Below, in pieces: positions 54,284-64,000 of a DNA stretch of 64,000 bases. Origin of the DNA: Antedon mediterranea (Eukaryota > Animalia > Echinodermata); contig NC_092676.1 of the NCBI RefSeq assembly GCF_964355755.1, positions 16,510,871 to 16,574,870 on the forward strand, given 5' to 3'. The notes beneath the pieces were generated by a model, which saw nothing but the letters and a program-made list of their open reading frames with translations, was not told the DNA's origin and made no database searches. Position 1 is the stretch's first letter; each line of letters starts with the position of its first letter. A program made the translations under genes and the position numbers.

Positions 54284-56230
54284 GATGATGATGATTATGA
54301 TGATGATGATGATGATGATGACGAGGATGAGGAGCAGAAACATCAAGAAGCGTATGCAATGAGCAAAAATCCTATGTTACTCCTTGCAATTTGCATTCTG
54401 TGGGAAGACAATCAAAGTCTTCCTGAAAATATTACTGACCTCTTCAAAGAACTCTTTCGTAGTATTTTGAATCAGTTTAACAAACAGGAAAAAACGCCAA
54501 AGATTTCTGAGTTTGAAAAAACTCCAGTGGAATATGTAAATGCTATGATTTTGCTAGGAAAATGTATGTATGATAGCTTAAAAGTAAATCAACTTTCAAT
54601 AAACAAAACTGATTTGAATGAGTATTCCAATAAAGATACGGTTGATATGGCCATAAAACTTGGGTTCGTTTATGAAGAAGTACCCATTTCAAAATCGAAC
54701 TTTGAAAGAATATTTATGCCCCCTCACAAGTTGATAGTAGAGTCATTGGTGGGATTTTATTTGTGCAATTTATGTGAAAGTGAAGGTATGGAGACACTCT
54801 CAGATGTAAGACAATTACTTACACCATTTGGTGATGACGAGTGGGAGGTGATAAGAGAGAGTGATTATTTATACAGAGCGAGAGAGTTTGCAATTGGTTT
54901 CCTTGGTGCTAATGCTCACAAATTTTTGAAGCACTGGGTTACGAATCATTTGTCAACATACCGCTCTCTGCCAAGTAATTTAAAGTTTGTTAAAACACAT
55001 CATGAACATGTTGTGGTAAATGAGTTAATTAATCACATAACCAGCAACGATTTAGAAATAAAGAAGCATTTGGCTGAATTATCTACTTCTATAAGAATGT
55101 TTATTGATCACATTAGTCCAGGTGTATATTGTGGTGGACATTTCATACATCTAATCATACAACTGTATTGTATGGAATATAGTTTAGGTACCTTTTGTAG
55201 TAGGATGGCATCAGAGTGCAAGGAAAAGGTTATTGCCCACATTTTAGGAATTGAAGCTAAATGTATATCAGTTACAATTCGGAATCTATCAGGTAATTTA
55301 ATTAATCACATGGTTAAAGAATGTTCACATAAAAGAGTCCAATTAGCATTAGGTTCACTAGATATATCTGGTAATAATCTGCTCAACATTGATGGTACTT
55401 TACTGGTTTCTTTATTGATTTTGTCACCTAAGCTGAGTAAACTTTACATGAGTAATTGTAATCTATCAGGTGATGTAATCAATCACATGATTACAGAATG
55501 TTCACATAAACGAGTTCAATTATCTTTAGAAAGGCTTGATATCCGCTGTAATAATCTCCACAACATTGATGGTACATTACTGGGTTCTTTATTGATTATG
55601 TCTCCTAAGTTGAGGGGGCTGTACATGATGAATTGCAATCTCTCAGGTGATGTAATCAATCACATGGCCACAAAGTGTTCACATAAACGAGATCAATTAG
55701 TATTAGAAAAGCTCGATATCAATGATAATGATCTCCACAACATTGATGGTACTTTAATGATTATGTCTCCTAAGCTGGGGGGCCTTTTCATGAAGAATTG
55801 CAATCTATCAGGTGAAGTAATCAATTACATGGTCACAGAGTGTACAAATAAACGAGATCTATTAGCATTAGAAAGGCTTGATATCGATGGTAACAATCTC
55901 TTTAACATTGATGGTACTTTACTGGGTTCTTTATTGGTTATGTCTCCTAAGCTGAGGGATCTTTACATGAGTAATTGCAACCTATCAGGTGACGTAATAA
56001 ATCACATGGTCACAGAATGTTTACAAAAACGAATTCAATTACCTTTATTTTCGCTTAATATATCTGGTAATAATCTTCTCATCACTGATTGTACTTTACT
56101 GGGTTCTTTATTGATCATGTCTCCTAATTTGAAGAGGCTTTTTATGAGTGATTGCAATCTATCAGGTGATGTAATCAATCACATGGTTACAGAATGTTCG
56201 AAGAGAAATATTTCATTTTCTTATCGTTAG
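50656..56230 (+). CDS. NLR-family receptor: tandem DED-like domains - NACHT - LRR; exons 50656-50665, 50753-51259, 51486-51545, 51642-51704, 53466-56230 (about 1134 aa)
   Basis: All four introns are GT-AG and phase 1, giving an open 3405-nt CDS. Walker A GEGGIGKTT, Walker B LLLDGLDE, sensor-1 ILTSRP, NPMLL, and LDISGNNL/LYMSNCNL LRRs are present. Exon 2 resembles two death effector domains. Confidence 0.9.
52830..53345 (-). pseudogene. Degenerate LINE RT 3' fragment in the last NLR intron
   Basis: WSHQMDKVTLKCNKMLGFI...LLQLYKYLV resembles the post-RT region of CR1/Jockey elements. Confidence 0.6.
54208..54333 (+). repeat. Coding GAG/GAT trinucleotide repeat (poly-Glu/Asp)
   Basis: (GAT)n tract with few interruptions, in frame within the NLR exon. 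Confidence 0.95.
55280..56200 (+). repeat. About five tandem 177-bp (59-aa) LRR double-repeat units
   Basis: NLSGDVINHM...LDIxxNNL..IDGTLLGSLLIMSPKL..LYM.NC is repeated. One unit lacks four residues. Confidence 0.9.
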
Positions 56231-56282
56231 TTTTCACTGATGTATGTATGTTACTTCTACTACCGGTATATAACCCACACAT

Positions 56283-56393
56283 TTTTAGTCGCGTGGACGC
56301 GACTCTATAGTTCACTATGTCGGTCTGTCGGTCTGTCTGACGGTCCGGTATCACTATGCGTTTTAGCACGCGACTTATGGCTGTTGGCCTTGT
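56283..56393 (+). mobile_element. Short Helentron/HINE (DINE-1-like) element just after the NLR stop codon
   Basis: tttttagtcgcgtggacgcgact hairpin, GTCG/GTCT microsatellite and ggccttgtt end, as in 62149-62953. Confidence 0.55.
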
Positions 56394-58779
56394 TAAACCT
56401 CGTAGCAAGAAATCGTCAATTTCTATATCGCAAGTAATTGCATTTCTGTAGAACAAAATTGTAAATTTACAGTTAAGTTTTTATTTAAAAACCCATTCAC
56501 TACAAGTTGTGACGTTTTGTAAAAATAATGCATATATTACTTTAAAAACATTAAACCAGGTCATTCCTTGTCCTAAATGTACGTTTTATGGTAAATTATG
56601 ATAAAAAGAGAGAAACAATGCACTACCTAAGTAGCTCGCGGGAAATTTAGGCCTAGTTTAGCTAGACTTAGTTTTGTAGGCCTAGCTGGTAAACATTGGT
56701 AGCTTACGAAAATCGTACGCTAGCTGTAGGCCTAGCCTGACGTTGTATAGTTGCTGCATTAATTGTCTTTCTCATTTTGCCAGAATCCATTGATAATTGG
56801 AGGAAACTCGGTATTTTCGCTGAAAAGTTAGGAGTCTTCAATTTTGTTTTGGCCTCACGATCAATCGAAAAGTGGGTGAATTACATAAGAAAAACGAAAA
56901 TATCAATCCGCGCGTAATGCATGTTGGGATTTAGAGCGAGCCGCTTAAGTTATTAGAATCGACTTATTTTTCACATTTTTAACCGTGTAAAGACAAAAAA
57001 AGTTATCTCAATAGGACCATATCGTATATGTTTTTACATCAAATATGGTTCGTGACCATAAATTAGATGAAAAAAACGTAGGAAATGGGTCCTTAAGCCA
57101 AAAAAAAAACGAATTGTTTACCGTGTAATATACTATTTGTCACACAATATACAAGTTTAAACATGCCTAGCTAGGCCTAGAAAAACGGATACGTCACACA
57201 AACGCATTCTTTAAAAAGTGTAAAAAAATGTTTCGCATGGCAACAAAATATTGAGGTTGTGTTCACAGATGGTTCCTGAATACAGTATAACCCCTATTAA
57301 AAGGATAATTTGTGGGATCTGAAATTATTCTCTTAATATGTGTACTGTATTAGAAATAACAATACGCATTAGTTGAACTTTTATATCCATATTTCGAATT
57401 AATATAATTTAGGCCTTGATATTGTTGTTTTGCGTTTTCAATAAATCGATAATAGAGCGATACATATACATTATCTTTAGCATTTCGTTGATTTCTTGAG
57501 TGCGAGTGTGTAGCTAGAACTACTACACTCGTCTGTGCTTAAATGGTAAAGTTACTCAAGTTAATCTGGTCAAATTTGTTAATCTGTAGCACCACGCAGC
57601 TGTGTATTTGATAGATCATTAGTCTTGATGTGCTTTAAGAGAGAATCCCTGATGGTCATGTTTCTAAGACATGAATTTGATGTACTTACTTTCGGTGACT
57701 CTTCGGTGGTTGGCTCAAAAGTAAACGTTGTATTTAGTCTACCTGAGCTTGCTTGCTTTGTAATGTTCGTCTTGTTTTTGGAATGTGGGTGCTTAGTTCG
57801 TCAGGATTTGTCTTAAAAATAGAAATAACGATATTTGGTTTTATGAAGACCTTGTTTGGAGATCAGATGTTTGATATTCCCTTTCGTTTTTAAGGCTCTT
57901 GAGTTGTGATTCAAGTGAGTTATTACGTTCACTTAGATCTTTAAAGGCTGTTGTTAAACGAACAAAATTGGTTTGGAGATCCATGTACAGACTAGTTTGT
58001 ATTTTAAAAAAATATTGAGAAAGTTAGGTTCATGTTTGGATTAATCAATCTAAAAATGAAGACATTATATGCATATAGTTTAATAGATATATTGTAGATT
58101 CAAGTATTTATTAATTTAGTTAAGTTTAATATTGGTGAAGTGTGAATGTTTTTAAATATATTTTTCTATATAGAAATAGTGAAAATTATTATTATATAGA
58201 TTGGAATAAATGTTGTTGCAAAATATTTATCAAAACAGAGTAAAATGTCCTATTCCCAGCGTTTTTGACGTTTTGAAAACCAGGCCATACGAAAACAGGG
58301 CACTTTTGCAGTTATTTTGTTTCATTTTTGATCAAAATTTACCAAACAATTTAGTTTAGTGTATAGGGCGTAAGCCATTTTATATTATATAATTCAGTTT
58401 TATACTATAAGTGATTTGTGTCATCTATGTTTTATCAACTATACACGTTAAGTATTCGTCATTATTATAATAAATTACATTTTCATCCAATAATGGTTTA
58501 TTTGAAATAAATGTATAAATAAACATGTAAAAAAACTATTTATCACTTTATGCTGATTAACAACACTAAAATATACATAGGAAATGTCGTTTCTTACTAA
58601 CTTTTATTTAATTATGTTGTGTCTTATTGTTTTATGTTTTTATGTAAAAGGGTCCTGCGGAAACAGAATTGTAAACTTCTTTATGCAGAATCCTTGCCAT
58701 AAATTATATACTGAAACTGTAATTATAAACAATGACTAAATAAATGTGAATTGAATTGAATTGTGTTTGTTGTCTTTTC

Positions 58780-60700
58780 GCTACAGGAGCACAACAGGTA
58801 TAAACTGGAATTCCCACTCTTTCATTGTGCGACACAACAATTTATTTCAATACGGTCAAGATAAATACAAAATCTCCAAATTTATTGATAATTTCGGCAG
58901 AAATGCTTGGGAACTTTAAAGGTATTATTACTATTACAAATACTGATATATAAGAATAAATCAACTAGCAGATGATTCTGTGTTCTACTTGCAGGATGAA
59001 TATTCACTAAATACAGCAATAGAAATTCTTGATAAATTGTCTGGTCTAAATCTCAACTTTGATGGCAGTAATATATTAAGACTAGGCATGCCAATTTTAA
59101 AATTGACTGTGTGTTGACAGAATAATATGCCAATCAAATGCCTCAGGGTATATTATGTTTCGGGGAATGCTGATCAAGTTTTTACACTTGCCTTAAATTG
59201 AAATGAATTAAAAGGGTTCCCAACATGTGGAAACTAAAAGGTTTATCTTTGATTGGAAAAGTATTAATAATTAAGTCTTTGGTATTACCAATATAATTTT
59301 TAATTTAATTTACCAACACCTGATGTAGAATATAATTAGCAAAGTACAAAATATGTTCTTTGATTTTCTTTTGGATGTAAAACCTCCCAAACTAAAAGGA
59401 AAAATATTGTGTAATGAATTAGACAAGGGTGGTTTAAAATGCCATATTATTTCGAGTTACAAATGTTGTTGGATAAAACGGTACCTGGATGATGGGGATG
59501 CAAATTGGAAAGTTTTTTTAACCACAGAGTTAGAGGCCATTGGTAATAAAAACATAGTCACTTGTAATTTTTTTTTTTAAATCTCTTGACTTACAAAATT
59601 ATCCGAATTTTATAGAGATGTGCTGCTAGCCTGGAGTGCATACCCTTATTTACCTAATCCAGGTACTGCAAATGAAATATGTAGTCAGGTACTTTGGAAT
59701 TATTTCGTTAAGAGAACCTTTAATATCCAAAACTTGTGGTAGAATGCAGGTCTCCGTAATATTAAAGATAGGCCTATAACTAATTCCAAAGGATCTTTCC
59801 TCTTTGCAGCGTGAAACAAAGTATGGAATTAAAATAGACTTTATTTTGTATGATGCGATTCTATCCCAATAAACTGGAAGGTAATTCTCAATGAAAACCA
59901 AAAAATGCTTAATAAAGCTGATATTTATTGTCATGAAACTGTATTTAAAATTAAAAGAACATTTAATAAAGCATTTCCCACTATTGTAGCAAATGTTACA
60001 AACGACATCAATGGAGTAAATTTGAAATGCTCAAACAAGGGAAATTTTGATTTAAAAAACTTTTTTTTAACTTCATAAGTTACACATTGATGGCAAAGTA
60101 AAATCTTTCCAATTTAAATACTTACACAAAATTATTTTTACAAATGAAAGGTTGTTCAGGATCGGATGAACTGAATCCGACTTGTGTTCTTTTTGTAAAC
60201 AAGGCCATATAGATGGCTGCAGTCGCGTGCTCAAGTTAGTGTTTACCGACCAACCGACCGAATTGCTGAACATTTCGAGTTGAAAAGTGAATCAAATATG
60301 ATGATATTATTAAAGAAAGGTTGTAAAACAGAAATCTTGCAAAAAGAGTCCATATTAACATTTAACGCGCAGTGACTTAGCTAGATGAAACTGATATCAA
60401 GACAAGGCCATATACAAGTTAGTGTTTACCGACCGACCAACATAGTGAGCTGTAGAGTCGCGTTGCACGCGACTAAAAGGGGAAAGACAATTTACTTCAT
60501 ATGTTTGTGTATTGCATTGTAACATGTGCCGTCCTTTATTGATATTTGTTGAACACCGTCTTTTTAAAGTGACAGGAAATTTAATTAATCTAAACAATGA
60601 AATTATTAGATTTGGGAACAAAGGCTTACCGAGTATTGTAAATTCTTTAATCCTTTCAACAAAAAATTATATTTATCTGCAGAATAAAAAAATAATGTAC
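58780..60700 (+). pseudogene. Heavily degenerate Tx1/L1-type LINE, interrupted by a HINE-like element at about 60199-60477
   Basis: ADD, WKLKGLSLIGKVLIIKSL, ELDKGGL and FQFKYLHKIIFTNERL...CSFCK motifs across frameshifts. Confidence 0.7.
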
Positions 60701-62148
60701 CTTATTTTAAAAGCATTAGGCCTAAGTTCATATTAAACAGATCTACAATTGACAGTTAAGCCTAAACCTACAATGAAAGTTAAGCTGAAGAAAACTACTT
60801 TACAAATAACCCACTATATCTTTTAGGAGATTTTTAAATTTATACAACTTTTCAGTATAATCCCAAAAAGAAGGCCATTTCGAAAGGAAGCTTGTTGTTT
60901 GCAAAAGTAATCTCGAAAAGAAGCCTAGAGTATAGTAAAACATTTCCAGACAGACAAACTGATTATTATCAATACCGTAGTAGAAAAAACTTACAGACAA
61001 TACATGACAATTTATTTTAACAACATTTTGATTTGAAATGTTCTATTCATTTGCGTTGCTAAGAAATTAAAAGTAGATATTTCTTTCTTTATTTATTTCC
61101 ATTTATTATAAACATTACATTAAGCAAAGTACAAAGAATCTCCACTAAAAATAAATATTTCATAATTTAATTGTTATATTTTTAAAGCATTCATTAGCCT
61201 TTATCTTTAAAACATTTAATATCAGTTTTTATAAGTGAGTATAATAATTGATTATATCTGGTATAAACATAACTTTAGTAAAACAATCCTTCATATCTTT
61301 TTAAAAAAAAATTGCAATAAAATATTTAAACATAACGGCAGTAATGTGTCCCACCATACAACATGGAAATTTGACTCAGCATTACTAAAATTGAAGTTAC
61401 TTGCATTATACAGTACTTACTTAAACATTATTATAGTATTGCAACTATTTATGTCTTTTATTATAGGCATACAAATGTTTGATATTCTGACCATATATGC
61501 TGCTGAAATGAAAAAGTACATCACTTTAACATAATAATAACTTCGATTATATCATCATCAATCAATAATTATTATAATAATAAATTATAATTATTGTGTA
61601 TTCATCTTTGCTATTTTTTAAATTGTAGTTTAATCAAACTTTCTAAACCATGTAAAAATTAATAATTCAGTATTTTGTAATGTGATTATATTTTGAATAA
61701 ACTTAGAATACAGAAAAAACATTTTTTATTGTACACTGCCTGTATGTTGCCTTATTTCTAAAAAAAACGTATGGACAAACTTTATATACAATCGAGTAAA
61801 CATTCTTGAAGTAACGTGCGATTTTCTGAATGTTGCCCTTACGTAAATTTATATATAGATTCAAAATAAGAGTTATTTCTCTTCATTATTAATTTTTTTT
61901 TTTAAATAAAAAACAATATAATGAAAAAAAAAATGGATGAGACGTGCTGCTGGCATGGATTATTTGAGGATCCAGGATGTTGAAATAGGGGAATGGTGAA
62001 GTGAAGTGCTGAACTCAGTTTGATGTTTTTTGCAATATTCAATTTTAAGTTTATTTTTATCATTATTATTAACAGAACAAAATATACTAGGCCTAGGACC
62101 TAGCCTCGAAGAACATAATAATTATTGTGTATTTTATTCGTCTTTGAT

Positions 62149-62953
62149 TTTTAGTCGCGTGGAAGCGACTCTATAGTTCACTATGTCGGTCGGTTGGTCG
62201 GTCTGTCTGTCTGTCGGTCTGTCTGTCGGTCTGTCTGTCTGTCTGTCTGTCTGTCGGTCCGGTATCACTATGCGTTTTATCGCTTTCTGACCTTATCTGG
62301 ATATCAGTTTAATCTAGCTAAGTCAATTTTTCACAGAATATTCCTTATGGCCAGGAATCGATGTGGTTATGTTTTCACGGTGCGCAATAAAAAATTACGC
62401 GGTCTACGCACGATTTAACGAAATCACGTTTGTAATCATATCTTCACAACCATGAATCACAATTAAATAAAATTTGGTACTCATAAATTTCAGGGCATTA
62501 ATCATCATATGGCAATACAATTACGTGCGTAGCGCATGTTACGCATGCGTACGCGCGCTTAAAATTTTCAAAATTTATTTTCGATGAAATAAGAGTACGT
62601 TTCAGGCAATTTTAAGCGTTTACAAAATTGCCATGAGTGCGCATATTTTTACGTGCGCACTGCGCATTAAATGTTATTGCGAACTCTTTTTGCCCGATTT
62701 CTGTTTTCTTGACTTACTTTTCAACTCGAAATTACGTTATACGAGCACGTCAAAAGTGACAGGCTATGCACGTGTAAATTAAAAAAATATAAATGTTTTT
62801 AAACATTTCAACATTTTTAAACATGTTCAGTAATTTCGGTCAGTATAGTTCACTATGTCGGTCGGTCGGTCTGTCTGTCGGTCTGTCGGTCTGTCTGTCG
62901 GTCCGGTATCACTATGCATTGTAGCACGCGACTTAATGGCTGTTGGCCTTGTT
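62149..62953 (+). mobile_element. Long Helentron/HINE-like element
   Basis: Same termini as 56283-56393, (GTCT/GTCG)n microsatellites at both ends, inserted in T runs. Related copies on the minus strand at about 60199-60477 and 34970-35280. Confidence 0.6.
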
Positions 62954-63479
62954 TTTTTTAATTGTAGTTTAATCAAACTGTTTAAACAATGTAAACATTA
63001 CTATAATTCAGTATTTTTTAATGTGATTTAGATTTTGAATAAACTTTTAATACAAAACGTCAGATATAGCAGGTCTAATGTCTTTAACAACAACATCTAG
63101 AGAAAAAGAGTACAGTAACTTCGATCTGCACTGCGAACGTGCAAGTATGACCTCAGGAGCTCGGGCATGAATCATGAATATTCATGATATATGCACGCCC
63201 TCTATAGTTTCTGCCTCAACCTAATAGGAAAAAAATACGACCCTGACGTATTTCCCCTAGAACTCTATATATGGCTCTGGCGCTAGCGTTACCTACCATC
63301 GTGACGTCAGCACCGTCTTATAACCAATTGTGTTGTCTACCTCGACGTCATATTTACGTCATATGGTAATTTAAATGTGCTAATTGGGAAGTTTAATGTC
63401 ACATTTATATAATCTATTCGCAATGCACTTTGGTGATCTAAAACCACCATTAAGGAGATATATGGCTTCAAAATGATAT

Positions 63480-64000
63480 AGTAAATAGCGGCCATTTTTG
63501 AATTTATGCTAATTAACACACTTCCTGACGTCCGATTTTGGTAAACTTTGGAAATTATGTTCGTCAGGCAGCATTGTCACTATATTAACTTTACTTCATA
63601 TATTTAGCCAAGTTTGATTTTTCATTTTTAAGTGATCAAGGACATCACAAGAAACAACTTCCAACTTGTTGTCCAAATTCTAAACGCGTTTTTCATTCGC
63701 TGGGGGCGCTTTTTCAAAATGGCCGCCTATGCTATCAAGTACTTATATCTCGGCAACCACTAATTGCAGAGACTTGGTTTTAGTCTTAAAATGTTCGCAA
63801 GGTACATAATTCTATTCACTATAATGAAACATTTTTCCCTAAAATGACCGGAAATACTATTTTTGACCTTTGACCTGATCTTATCATATCTCAATAACTA
63901 TTGGTCAGAAAGAGTTGATATTTATCCCAAATTGTTCAGAAAATACATGTTTCTATTTGCTTTAATGCAAAGGTTTGTTTCAAGATGGCCGGAAAAACCA
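63480..64000. mobile_element. Terminal region of another Academ-related element (runs off the window)
   Basis: Shares ggccatttt, atatctc...accact, tttgacctttgacc and aaattgttcagaaa motifs in the same order as 45950-46250. Confidence 0.4.

Noticed and set aside
56485-57096. Possible TTAA-flanked Kolobok-like element
   Set aside because: The left TIR is too degenerate to define boundaries.

Overview
This is AT-rich, intron-containing animal DNA. It looks like a marine invertebrate, possibly an echinoderm, though that is inferred from repeat and gene style only. Three host genes can be built by hand with phase-consistent splice sites. (1) A tyrosine-kinase-like probable pseudokinase on + (CDS 1277-1335 + 1740-3375). 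It has an HNN catalytic loop and an N-terminal array of LC8-type xQT motifs. (2) A two-exon 138-aa orphan gene on - (9855-9628 + 9043-8855). (3) A five-exon NLR immune receptor on + (50656-56230, about 1134 aa). It has two tandem DED-like domains, a NACHT domain interrupted by a GAT-microsatellite poly-Asp tract, and recently duplicated 59-aa LRR units. The rest is densely nested mobile DNA: truncated LINEs (CR1/L2, Rex1, Tx1, Penelope), SINEs, two tandem Helitron-like elements, Helentron/HINE-like repeats and satellites. It also holds many TIR elements with readable target-site duplications (MULE-, P-, Harbinger-, EnSpm-, Kolobok-, hAT- and Academ-like). Notable among these are a 3.9-kb Academ foldback built from two 3' ends about 1 kb upstream of the NLR, and 34-bp and 55-bp micro-elements. 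Family assignments come from motif recognition, not database searches.
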